64,000 nt of DNA from Gracilinanus agilis (lineage: Eukaryota), in NCBI RefSeq assembly GCF_016433145.1, contig NC_058136.1, positions 60,639,182 to 60,703,181 of the forward strand. The letters run 5' to 3'. Position 1 is the stretch's first letter. Each line of letters opens with the position of its first letter. Position numbers and translations under genes: made by a program. The notes beneath the pieces were generated by a model that did not search any database, was not told where the DNA came from, and was given only the letters and a program-made list of their open reading frames with translations. Below are positions 48,044-59,600 of this stretch, piece after piece.

Positions 48044-49508
48044 GCTGGAAAGCCGGCTTCTTTCCGGGCCCGGGAAGCGCCAAGGCAAGTTGAGCCAGGT
48101 CTCCCCTCTAGCCCGCCTGTTCTGTCAGGTCCACAGAATGGGGCCTTGCAGCAACTTCCCATGAGTAATCCCTACCTAGCTAGCACTGGGAAGCCCAGAA
48201 ACTCACCCTTCTGTGGTTTGGCCAGCCAGTAGGAGCCTCTGGGCTAAGGGCACTTGGGGAGACCCGAGGAGGAGGAGGGGCTGCCATTGTAACTAAAACC
48301 CAAGACCAACCCCCCACCTACCCAGCCACCCAGCCCCTCCTCCTGACGGGCAGGGAAGCTGTCCCCTAATCTGCGCGGCAGCTCACTGGGGGCACTTTGA
48401 AAACTTTTCGAGAGCCCATCACGCTCAGCATTGGTGAACGACTGCAGGTACCAGAGCTTGCTTTTCTAAGGCCAAAGGCCCAGCTAGCTAAAGTCATCCT
48501 GGTCTGGAAAGCGTAGACCCGACCACATCCTGCTCATCCAGCCAATCCCAGCCGGCTCCCAAGCGCCGCCCCTCCCCTGCGTAGAAATGGAAACAGGAAG
48601 TCTGTACACAATGACGCCAGCCGCTCTCGGCCTCCGGGGAGAGATCCGGGTTCCTTTTCCGTAGCGGAATCCCTCAGCTGGGCCACCCCACCCACTGGGA
48701 ACTGAAGGAAGGCCCAGATTGGGGAGTGGGGGGTGCAGTTTGAAGGCAGGTGGGGAAGGAAACGCCCGTAGGCTGAAGAGCCCTGGGATCGCCCAATCGG
48801 GCCACATGATGAAGGATTTCAGGGCAGTCGTTTTCCGGACCAGGAAAGGGACCTATTTGCAACATATTAGGCTCAAGGAGGTCCTCCTTTTGAAAGCTTT
48901 TACTAAAAAAAGCAGAAGGCGACCCAACAGGCCAGCTTCATTTGGCAGTCGTCCAGCGGCTCCCCAGTTCACTCAAACCGCTTTCGAATGGACTGTTGCC
49001 AGCTAATCGCAGCTCCCCTTCTTATAGTGGCAAAGCTGCTGGCTTGAGCCCACTCTCAGGCTGGCCACTCCCTTTGGCATGAACTCAGGGGGCAAAGTGG
49101 ATGGAGAGATGGTACTGGAGTTGTTGGCCCCCCAAATCTATCCCTCTGCCCAAACCTTATGCCAAATTCTAGCTATTTGCCCAGCCTTGACACCACGGCA
49201 GACCTGACCCCAGATGAGCTCCAACTCTGACCTTAAGCTTTGAAGTCCTCGGCCAGCTTCCCAATCCTCCAGCCTTACTGCCCATCCAGTCTTCCTCCCC
49301 CAGCCTGGTCTAAGTGCACATGGAGTCTACCGGGTTGGTGCCCAGTCTCTGACAAGAGCTGTGTGGCCCTAGGCAAGTCACCTCATAGATATAAGGGAGG
49401 GAACAGAAGCCACTCCAGACAGGCAGCCTGAGGGAAGACTCAGAGTAGGAAAGAAGGCTCCAGGCATGGAGGGAGCCCAGTAGGAAACAGTCAAGAGTGC
49501 TAGGTTTC

Positions 49509-49929
49509 TGATGCAGAGTGAAAGGAGCAGAACCAGGAGAACATTGTACACAGAGACGGATACACTGTGGTACAATCCAATGTAATGGACTTCTGTACTA
49601 GCAGCCATGCAATGACCCAGGACAATGCTGGGAGACTTCTGAGAAAGAAGCCATCCACATCCAGAGGAAGAACTGTGGGAATAGAAACACAGAAGAAAAA
49701 CAAGTGCTTGATCACATGGGTCGATGGGGATGTGATTTGGGATGTAGACTCTAAACGACCACCCCAGTGCAATTATCAATTCTATGGAAATAGGTCTTGA
49801 TCCATGATACATGTAAAACCCAGTGGAATTGTGTGTCAGTTAAGGAGGAGGGGTGGGGAGGGAAAGAACATCAATCATGTAACCCTGGGAAAATATTCTA
49901 AATTTTTTAAAAAACTGAAAAAAAAAAAA
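49509..49929 (+). mobile_element. 5'-truncated young LINE-1 3' end with 16-bp TSD
   Basis: TSD AAGAGTGCTAGGTTTC at 49493-49508 and 49930-49945; A-tail; L1_Mdo-like 3' UTR. Confidence 0.88.
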
Positions 49930-50432
49930 AAGAGTGCTAGGTTTCAAGCATAGTCCTAACTGCAGCCAAAACCAGTCTTCCTCCCTAATTACAAGCCCTG
50001 AACATTCCTGGCACCATGGGAACATTCAATCATCCCTTCAGCGCCACTTCTCTGGAATTCTGATTCTCCAGCAACTCAATTCAAGGAGAAAGTGGCCCCA
50101 GGAAGGCTTGGGAGAGGCAGGATAGGAAGACAGCAAAGGTACACCCCTGAAACTCCTCCAAGGAATCTACCTTCTTTTCTGCTGGGGCAGAAGCCATGAA
50201 GAAGCCCACCAGAAAGAAGTCATATGCAAGCTGGAGATGAAGTCTTGGCCCAAAGCAACCAGTTTCTTGGTGGGTTGCTTCCTTTCTGGGGAGGAGTCAC
50301 TACTGGTTTGCCTTTTTTGTCTCCTGGCCTTCAGTTTCCCTTCTATTCCCGATCCCCTGAAGGCTAACAGCTGTTTGGGCTTAGAGTCAAGAAATTCCAG
50401 ATTTCTATGAAAGATTGGGGGGGAGGGGCTAT

Positions 50433-50438
50433 TTTATT
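50433..50438 (-). terminator. Candidate ITGB1BP2 polyadenylation signal AATAAA
   Basis: TTTATT on the + strand about 195 nt past the stop. Confidence 0.5.
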
Positions 50439-50631
50439 TAGTGGTGATTGTTTCTTGCTGGGTGGAGGGAAGGCTGTGACCAGAATGATACCGTGTGATC
50501 TGAGGAGCATGAAATCTGAACAGAACCTTTCTCATGTGTTCTTCCCTATAGGTCAGTGCCCAAGAGCCATGCCTTTGACTCCAAAGTCCTAGGAGAACCA
50601 CTGAGCTTCTTTGAGAATACCTGTCTAGTGG

Positions 50632-50853
50632 TCACTCTCCTTCCTCCTCTTCCTCTGTCCAGCTCAAATCATCCTCTGAATCCTCAGGCTCCTCTCCAAT
50701 CATTCCAGGCCCAACATCCTCCCCAACCTTCTCAGCTGGCATCCTTGTGCCTGGCTGCTCCAACTGGGCCCAAGGCCCCAGGTCAGCCTTGCTCAAGGAG
50801 ATCTCAGCCCGGGATGGCATGAGAGAGACAGAGCTCTGTTCCACAGCTATGAC
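50632..50853 (-). CDS. ITGB1BP2: ITGB1BP2 exon 11, terminal
   Basis: [24 protein letters not shown]...EEEEEGE*. Confidence 0.93.
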   Translation of the reverse strand, partial: VIAVEQSSVSLMPSRAEISLSKADLGPWAQLEQPGTRMPAEKVGEDVGPGMIGEEPEDSEDDLSWTEEEEEGE

Positions 50854-53800
50854 CTGGAGAAGAGGGAAAAACAGAAGAACCCTAGAGAAGATGGCAGATA
50901 GAGACAAGGAAGGAGAGAGGGAGGAGGCTAAAAAGTGATACAGAAATGGATATCTGAACCGGGAGAAAAGAAACTAGAGGTGAGAAGAGTCAAAGTAGGC
51001 AGAAAGGTAGTCCCCCGAGCCTTCCCATTCCAAGGCTCAGTGCCCACCCCAACCTCCAAGATCTTCATCCCCCTCCTTTCTTCCGCTTTGACCTTCCCAT
51101 ATACTTCCCCAAGCCCTACCCCAGCAAACACACTCACCCCCCAGAGTTCCAGTTGCTCCTGGAAAACCCGGTTGCCCTCAAAAGATATGTGGATGTGAAG
51201 CTGAAATGGATCAGAAACAGGATAGGACACAAAGGCAGGCAAGATGAGTGGCCCACCCACCCTCCTCATGGTCCAGGAGCCAGTAGTGCCTGACACAAAC
51301 AGAACCAGCTGGCTCATCTGCTCCCAGCAACTTCCATTCCAACCAATTCCCCTCAGAGCCTGGCCCCAGCAGCTCACTCACCTTGGTTTGACTGGCCTTC
51401 ACCCAACTGAGAGCAGGCAGTGGTCTCTGGCCATACACAGTCACCACTACTACCGAGGCTGTCTGATGCCAGTCATGGCGGCAGGAGACCCATTGCTGAG
51501 GGAAACATAACAGAACCCACTTAATTATGTAGTAGGTCATGATCCTTAGGACACAGAGTGGAATCCCAAGGAAATGTAGCTGGCCAAGCATCTGAACCAC
51601 TGAGAAGTAGTAGGCCACTTGCACCAAGTTTCACTATGACAGTGCAAGGAAGGGGTGAGGAAAGCCTCCCTATGCTGGGTTCTGGCCAAGAGGTCAAGCA
51701 AGGTGGGAACCCAATGGTCAGGCTCACCTGCTTCTGCCAGACATGTGTACCCAGGCTGCACCCTGGCTGTGCCAGGAAAGCACCAAAATCCACGGTTGGC
51801 ACACCACAACAGCTCCAAGATTTCATCCTGCAGTAGGAAGGCCATCAAGCTGAGTTTGTCCCTCTTCATACCCCAAGTCCCCTCTTTTCTTGCAAACAAG
51901 AATAAGAGAACACAAATCTGGCTTCAGCCTACCCTTTTCCCTTACCCCTCATGAAACAGAGGTCCTCCAGGATGGAAGCTACAAGGGCTGGCATCACTCT
52001 CAGAGCCTTGGAACACCTTGGAGGGAGTGGGAAGGAAGCAGAAAGGCAGAGAATAAGGGGACATGAGAGCATCCCCATTTCCACTTTCTCAATACCCAAC
52101 CACTCCTCCAATCTCCCCAGATTTTACTCACAGCACCACATCCTGGGTTCTGGCAGATGGAGCCAGGATGGACCACAGTGTTGGGTAGTCCTAAACAGGA
52201 GACGGGAAGATCAATGAGGACTGTCCTCCCTACCTTGAAATTCCACCTGCATCTCCAACTGGATGTCACATAGACATTCATTTTATAAAAACCCTGACCT
52301 TTTGTTTTAATATCAATTCGAGGACACAACATGGGCATGGGCTAGGCAACGGAGGTTAAGTGACTTGCCCAGGGTGACACAGCTAAGAAGTATTTAAGGC
52401 CAGATGTGAACCCAGAACCTCCTGTCTCCAGACCTGGTTCTTATCCACGGTGTTACCTAGAAGTCCCCTGTCCTAGACATCTTAAACTCCCTATATACAA
52501 AGTGGAACTTCTGATCTTTTTGTGGAAACCCCTCCTCCTCTTCCTAACTGTGCTGTCACTGTTGAGGATCTACCAAGCTCCCAGTCCTTGGGCCCAAGAG
52601 CTGTCCTCCATTCCATCATTCAACCCCTGCATCCAATCCATAGGCTAGTCCTGTCTATTCTGCCATGCCAGCGTGTCTCCTCTGACACTGCCACTTCCTC
52701 CCCTCTCCCCTGGACTACTGCAGTAGCCTGGGAATGGGCTGGCAGTGTCTAAGTACCTAAACCTCTCTCCCCACTTCAGTCTTTTCTCCCTCCATTCAGC
52801 TGCTAAGCACAAGTCTGACCAGATCACTTCCCCTCCCAATAAACTCCAGTGACTCCCTAATAGTAACCTCCAGGATCCAACAGAAACCCCTCTGGCCTTC
52901 TCCCACCTTTCGAGTCTTCCCACAATTTACTAGCCCCCTCAGTCTTCAAGTCAGTAATATGAGCCCCCTTGCTATTCCTCCCACAAGACACTCCACTTTG
53001 TGACTCTGCGCATTTCCCATTTCTGAAAATCCTGATTTCCTTTTCACTTCTGAATTATCCCTCTGATTCACCCAAGGAGAAGGGAAGAATGCCACCCACC
53101 CCCACCCCTTAGAAATATGTAAGTCATCAAGAGAAATTCCCATTTGACAGCCAGGTATGGAAATAAAGAAAGATTAGCAAAGGTGCCTCGGTGCACACTA
53201 TCAGGAGAGCATTTTCCACCCAGAATCCTTTGGCAATGCAGCTGATCACTGTGCCAGGCTGGACACCTCCTGCTCCTGGTACTCTCTCCCTCCTCCATCG
53301 GGTCTCAGCTTAAAACCTCAGCTTCTGTTCTTAGAACCCCAGCCTTTCCTGGTTGCTCCAATCGGTGCTGGTGATTTCCCCAAGATTAGCTTCCATTCTG
53401 TCTCTTGGGGACATAGATAGGGGTTTGCCTGCTGTCTCTTCCATTAGCTAGGGAGCTCTTTCAGGGCAGGGCTGTTTTTGCCTCTTTGAGGCCCAGTACT
53501 TAGCACAGTGCCCAGCATACAAAAGGTCCACCTGTTCCAGGCTGAGGGTCTTCTAGTTCAGGTTCCTTCTGTTCCAGGGCAGTCTCCAGGGCACGAGACA
53601 CACGGAGTGGCAGGAGGCACAGGTCTAACTCTTCCCTGTGGAGCACAATAGGGTAGAAGCCTGAAGCCTACCCTGGGATCCCACAGCAGCCAGGCTCCAG
53701 GAGTAACAATCCTATGCCTGCCAAGCTTATCCTTACACACCCTAACAAGGTGCAGGCCTAGTTAGCGGAATACAAGTGTTCCTACCCACATGTTAGGAAA

Positions 53801-55081
53801 CTGAGGCTCCCAGAAGTTAAAGGCCTGGTCCACAGTAGTAGGGATAGAACTGTTCCATGGGTCTTCTGACTTTTTCCACTAGACCTTTGTAGAAGGAAAT
53901 CACTGAACTTCTATTGGCTCAGTTTCCCTAACTGTAAAATGAGGGCAAAAATAGCACCTACCACAGTGCTGTGAGGATCAAGCAAATGTCAAGTGTGTTA
54001 GTGATATAGAAATGCTATTGGCAATGCTCATTGCCCCATTTTCCCTAGGGGTTTTACATACTGGAAGATCTTTCCGGGATCTCTTGTGGTGAAGTCAGTG
54101 CCCAGATCTCCCTCCTGGTGCCTCATCTCCAGGACCTCACCCTTACCCTAGGATGTGACCCCTCTTCTGAACTCTTGGCTCCCATTCCCTTCCCTTTTGA
54201 CCAAATCCCAGCCTTGCCTATCTCCTCTCCCTTACTCTCAACCCATCTGATGCCACACCCCAAGCCCAACACCAGTACCCACTGGTCAACTTGCACAATT
54301 TATGTGACTGAGGATAAAAAAATAGGAAAACCTCCCCACACAACCCAAACCCGTCCTTTCTCACTTAGGCCTTTCCCGGCGAAGCATCTCTGCCGACTTG
54401 GGCATTGAGTCCAAGTGCTTGGGCCCCTGGAGGGCACTTCCAGAACCAGGGCTCGCCTGAGGTTTCTCAGCACAGTGTGGTCCCAGGGTGCAGCCCTAAT
54501 AGCAATGGAGTAATGAGCACCAGGGACAGATGGTGCTCTAGGGATGGGGGTGAGATGTAGGGACAGAATCGGCAAACATTACCTGGATGCTTAAGAACTC
54601 AGAGAAATCTGTTGTTCGCTTATGGCAGCAAGACCAACCCTACAAAAAAAGGCTCTGTTCAACTGAGATTTCCCTGTAATTGCTCCCCTAACACAGATGT
54701 CCTAATAAGCCATCCCCAGCCCACTAGCTCACCTTAAGGGCATCATGGAAGATGGGTATCCCAGGGTGATGGGAACAGCTATCTGTGTACAGCAGGTAAA
54801 ATCGAATAAGCAAGAGTAGGTAGTGCCCAGCCACCATCCCAGAACCCTCCATGGAAACAGCTGTCCCAAGGATGTTTTTCTGTGCTGTTCTGATCAGTAG
54901 AGCTGGGAGGGGAAGAGAGGCCTACAGTTCTGGCCTCATCATCACTCCCTTCGGTGGACTGAATTCACCACCCCTCTCCCAAAAGGTCAGTTTAGGGAGC
55001 ATCAAAACACTACTCACCTGGGAGGTTGGCATCTGGGTCAAAGTGCTGCCCACAGCCTTTATTAAAGCAGAACATGGACAT
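50632..55081 (-). CDS. ITGB1BP2: ITGB1BP2 / melusin (CHORD-CHORD-CS plus acidic tail), 11 exons, 344 aa
   Basis: All exons GT-AG and in phase (1035 nt): [16 protein letters not shown]..., [40 protein letters not shown]. Confidence 0.95.
51138..51200 (-). CDS. ITGB1BP2: ITGB1BP2 exon 10
   Basis: [21 protein letters not shown]. Confidence 0.93.
51382..51495 (-). CDS. ITGB1BP2: ITGB1BP2 exon 9
   Basis: [24 protein letters not shown]. Confidence 0.93.
51728..51827 (-). CDS. ITGB1BP2: ITGB1BP2 exon 8
   Basis: [33 protein letters not shown]. Confidence 0.93.
51946..52016 (-). CDS. ITGB1BP2: ITGB1BP2 exon 7
   Basis: [23 protein letters not shown]. Confidence 0.92.
52132..52190 (-). CDS. ITGB1BP2: ITGB1BP2 exon 6
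   Basis: [19 protein letters not shown]. Confidence 0.9.
52240..53520 (+). mobile_element. L2 fragments with an inserted SINE, in ITGB1BP2 intron 5
   Basis: CCTGGACTACTGCAGTAGCC, CACAAGTCTGACCAGATCACT L2 phrases. Confidence 0.65.
53532..53635 (-). CDS. ITGB1BP2: ITGB1BP2 exon 5
   Basis: [18 protein letters not shown]. Confidence 0.88.
54365..54495 (-). CDS. ITGB1BP2: ITGB1BP2 exon 4
   Basis: [12 protein letters not shown]...[13 protein letters not shown]. Confidence 0.9.
54583..54639 (-). CDS. ITGB1BP2: ITGB1BP2 exon 3
   Basis: [19 protein letters not shown]. Confidence 0.92.
54733..54782 (-). CDS. ITGB1BP2: ITGB1BP2 exon 2
   Basis: [16 protein letters not shown]. Confidence 0.92.
55018..55081 (-). 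CDS. ITGB1BP2: ITGB1BP2 exon 1
   Basis: [21 protein letters not shown]. Confidence 0.92.
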
Positions 55082-55725
55082 GGCAGAGGGAAGGGGAGGG
55101 AGGTTGAGGAAAAAGAGCCTTTTCAAGAGCCTGGCAGTCTAACATGAAGTACCTCTTACTGAACTGAAAGTTATGGCCATCTGGAAGGCCCAATGTCTAT
55201 CTTTAGCTTGGAGGGAGGCACCTCCTAACTTGGGCAAAGATCTGCAGGTGGCCTTGTCACTCAATGGAGTGGCACTGGGACTGGTCACGGGGAAGGGATC
55301 AGCCAATTCTCAAGTCCAGGCAGAGGCCCCTGGGAGAGCTGGATGTTATCCATCCCCCGCCTCGATTAGCTGTTCCAGTCCTTTAGAATGTCTCCACCTC
55401 TGGCACTTTTTATCTGGCTAGGGCTGGAAAATACTCATTCTGATCTCCAGAAATAGGCTGTCTTGGGTTTGAGTGGGTACCCTCCTCAGGCAAAGGCTGG
55501 ATAACCCGTCAACTATTGGGGGGAGGGGATTGGTTTGTGGGGTCAGGGCACACTCAGAAGTTCTTTCCGCTGTCCGCTGTCAATGCCACATTCCCTCCCC
55601 AAATCTTTCCAGGGTACTGGACATCACATCCCCACCCCACCCCCCATCCTCCCCGAGACTTCTTCGAATTCCCCAACCCAACAAAAGAAACAACACAGAA
55701 GGTGGAAAAAGGCTTAAAATCTGTT

Positions 55726-55731
55726 TTTAAT
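55726..55731 (-). terminator. Candidate NONO polyadenylation signal ATTAAA
   Basis: TTTAAT on the + strand about 800 nt past the NONO stop. Confidence 0.5.
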
Positions 55732-56529
55732 TAATGTTTCTGCTGCATTCCTGTCTCAATTCTCAAATCAACTCCAGACTGTAAGAGGGCCCAACATCAC
55801 GTACACCAGTGAAACTTATGCAGCAACAGCTAAAGACAGGCAAGCCTTGAGAGCTACAGGCATGGATAAGAGAGCACCAGCACCCAGCAGCCCCTGCCCC
55901 TCCCCAAGCTAGAACTTAGACCAACAAAGAGAGGGTGTGTACAATGACACCCTGGCACCTCCCAGAGGGAGGCTACAAGCTCCTCCATTCTGGGCTGCCT
56001 CCCCCATCCAAGAAAGAGAAGTTTAAAAAAAAAAAACAAAAAACAAAAAAAAAAAAAACGAAACATGTAATTGAAACCTAAAAGCACATAACAAAACCTT
56101 TTCAGGACATAAGAGGAACACTGGGTGAGGAAGAGGAAAGGGTCTTCTACTGGTATCGTTGCCTGAACTTCCTGGATACACCAGAGGTCCTAACCAGAAT
56201 TGTGTCTAAGTTACTGAGGGAGGAGTGAGGGGGACAAAGGTGGAATGGTCAAGGGGGACAGGGATAGAGCCTTTTGGCCTTGTGACCTCCCCCAGCCCCT
56301 CCGTAGCCTTCACATTGAAGTTTTAGGAATGCGCCACATTGAACTGATTCACTAAATGCCCCTCCCCAACCCCTCTCTTCCCTCAGCACATTTCCTACCT
56401 AGAGTAGTTCAAGTGGGGAGGCCTAACTAGTAGGAGGAACAGAGCCCCAACACCCTCTAAGGCAGAATCCTGGCTAGTCCAAAAAGGGTCCTTGTCTGTA
56501 GGGTCAGGGGAAATTCGCCACTGTGACTC

Positions 56530-56664
56530 TTAGTATCTGCGACGTTTGTTTGGGCCAAAGTCCCCTCCGGGAGTTCCTCGGTTGAACGCGGGAGGGTTTG
56601 CACCCATTGCCCCAAGTCCTTCCATTGTGCCACCCTGGCCAAAGCGGTCACTGGGTGGTGGGGT
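56530..56664 (-). CDS. NONO: NONO terminal coding exon
   Basis: [16 protein letters not shown]...GPNKRRRY*. Confidence 0.94.
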   Translation of the reverse strand, partial: TPPPSDRFGQGGTMEGLGAMGANPPAFNRGTPGGDFGPNKRRRY

Positions 56665-59600
56665 CTTCAATGCCAAAGGAGAAAGGGAGAGAAGTGTTAA
56701 AGCACATCCCCCAAACCCACGTGAGCTCCTCCTACCCAAAAGCCCTCTCCCCTAAAAGGCCAGCTGTACAAATGGCTCTACTTGACTAAAGCTATGGGGA
56801 CCTCTCAGCTTTAGGGTGACCAATGGCAGCCAGAAAAGCAGTCGTACAGTTCAGCCCAACTTCTTGTTGCTGGCCAGAATCCAGATCTTACTCAATTTGC
56901 CCAATTCCTAAATTGGTTTGGTTCTCCTCCCACCCCCACCCCCCCGCTTTGTAGCTATCATCTGATTAAGTCGGTATCCTCCTGACTGGACAGCCTTGGC
57001 TACAGCTCTGAACCCTAACCCAGGGGGCCCCCCAAAGTGAAGCACTGTTTCTAGATCATACAGAACCCAAGCTTCTGGGCTTATCACATCCAATTCTGCA
57101 TATGTCCACTCCTTTTTTCCATCTTTCTCAAAGGGAAAAAAAGTCTTCCTGTCCCCTCTCCCCAACTCCTTGCCCCCAGCTCCCCAAAGGGGCAGCTGAC
57201 AATCAGTTTCCAGAGCAACAAGTATATCCACTAAGCCTGGCACCACAAGTGGAAGGAACCTATCTGCACAGTTGGATACACCATCTCCTAGGGAAGGAAG
57301 CCAGCCAAAGTGGACTCAAGAGTGTCAACTCCAGGGCTTACTACCATCCATAGGAACTTTGGGGCCAGTCATTTAAATTCCCTTTACAATGAAGACATTG
57401 GCCTAAATGGCCTAGGAGGGCCCCCTGCCAGAACTTAGGAAGGCAGGAATAGGGGACCTCAGAGAACAAGAGCTTCTTCCCCACTGGGCCAAGGTCCTCC
57501 ACATCTCCCCTAAGGCCAGCCCTGCGAATATATTACCATTCCCATGGTTCCATCTGGCATCATTGGACCAGGCCCTGGAGCACTAGGGGCACCAGCTGGC
57601 ACATTAGCACCTCCCAAGGATCCTCTGTTGTTTAAGCCCATAGCACCTAAAAACAGCAATGTAAGAAGCTGGGGGGGACTGGGAACAAGGACATCACCAC
57701 AATTATTTCCATTTTCACATTTCACACACTCCCCAAGGTAGATGGGAACCAAAAGTAAGCTTGAACAAAAGACGACTAATGAATGTTGTGGCCTCTCAAA
57801 TCCAGGTCAAGTATGGGGAGGGCATGGGATAGGATGACAAAAGTGACCCTGTTGCCCAGGTCTGACTCTCAAGTCAGATGACTGGCACGTGTGTATCATG
57901 CTGTGTATCTTGCCAAGCATGTATGGTTGCCACAAAGGTAGTGATCACCTTGGCCCAGATCTAATCACAGCAACCAACCACTTCTGTACTGTGTAAACTG
58001 TTTCTTTTTAAGAACTTTTTGTAGTCCTAGGACTAGGGGAGTTTCTGGCCCAATACTAAACTCCAGCAATGAAGCTACCTGGAATCTGGGTGGGGTGAAT
58101 GGGGAACAACAACTGGAGCTGCGGCCTCAAGTCCTTACCTCCTATACCCATCTGGCCCATCCGCATCTCCTGCTCTCTCTAAAACAAACAAAATGGCACA
58201 AAAGTTCACCACAGCCTGTTCCCCCAAAGCTCAGCAGACCCACCTCATGTTTCATCCCAAGGACCTCCCTATTGAGAGTACCCCATCCTGGGAATGGTTT
58301 GAAGGGAAGAGCCCATAGCTGAAGCCAAACAGAGAACAGAAGAGGCAAGGTCACCCCAAAGCTGCCAAGACACAGGAAATTCCAGCCCTTCTGTGGTATC
58401 ACCCAGGATCCCAAACAATCTGGCAGAAACCCTTCAGACAGCATGAACAAAGGGCACTGGGATCACCACAGAACTTTAAGTCCTAACCTAGAAGCACAGG
58501 GGAGGGCAGTGGCCAGAGTGAGTTTTCATACTGATGGGGGAGACCAGGCCTCATGGAAATAGTTTCTCCCTGCTTTGGGAGCAGTCCAGGACCAAAACTA
58601 AGGTGATGCTGCAACACCTTGGTCCATTTGCTAGGGTTAAGTAAGGTCTCGGAACCCACACCTCTCTTCTAATGTTATTTCTCTTCCGAAAGGTTATTTC
58701 GGTGACCAGGGGCTGGCCCTAGTGTCCTGTGGTTTCCCAGGCACTGCTTCCTAGTTGCGGTGTCATGCCATGAATGAATAGCCCTTCAAGGGTATAAGGG
58801 GCTGAGATGCTCCATACCGCATCAGGGAAGTTTCCTTTGAAACCCTCTTGCTGACGCCGCATCATTTCTTCCTGCTGTCGCCTCATCTCCTCCTCACGAC
58901 GCCTGCGTTCCTCCTCCTGCCTACAAGAGGTATGGGGAGTCAGTCACTGAGATGATCACAGCATACCAGAACAAGGCGAGCCATCTCATCTGGGATCCAA
59001 CAAATCACACCAAGCCAACTTCTTCAGGGGAAGGCCCTGGGCTCTCCTGTCCCTCAGGAGCCTGAGACCAGCACTTGAGTAATTTCCCTTTAAGGTAGCC
59101 CCAAGTAAACTACCCCAAAGTATGGTCAAATTCCAGGCTCACCTAACCAGAGGAAGGATCTAGAACAGCACAGCAGACTCAATCATAGCAATACCCAACA
59201 ACCTGGTGTGGAATCAATTAAGAGACTTTACCTAAAAGGATTTGGGATTTGCTAAAGTACCTGAGTTCCATTTGCTTTCGTTTCTGTACTTCCTGGTTAT
59301 GAAGTTCCTCCATTCTTCGGAGCTCTTCCTGACGTCTCATCAGATCTATAAGAGGAGACGATAGACATCTGGTACCCAGATAATTTGCCACAACTGATAT
59401 TCCCATTGGGTCATCCAATTGAATTTCACCCCAGAAACCATTCAAGTTGAATCCTCTCATTTTAAAGATATTTAGAAAAAGCCCAGAGAGGGAGGGGACT
59501 CCACAGACTAGGCTACATCAGCGACAAGCCTGGAACCCAGGTCGCCTTCCTGCCTTCAAGTTGAGATTCATGCTGCTTCCCACAGCTAAGTACATGCTCC

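Noticed and set aside
47403-48232. Six 186-245 aa ORFs
   Set aside because: They are almost entirely X from the N gap.
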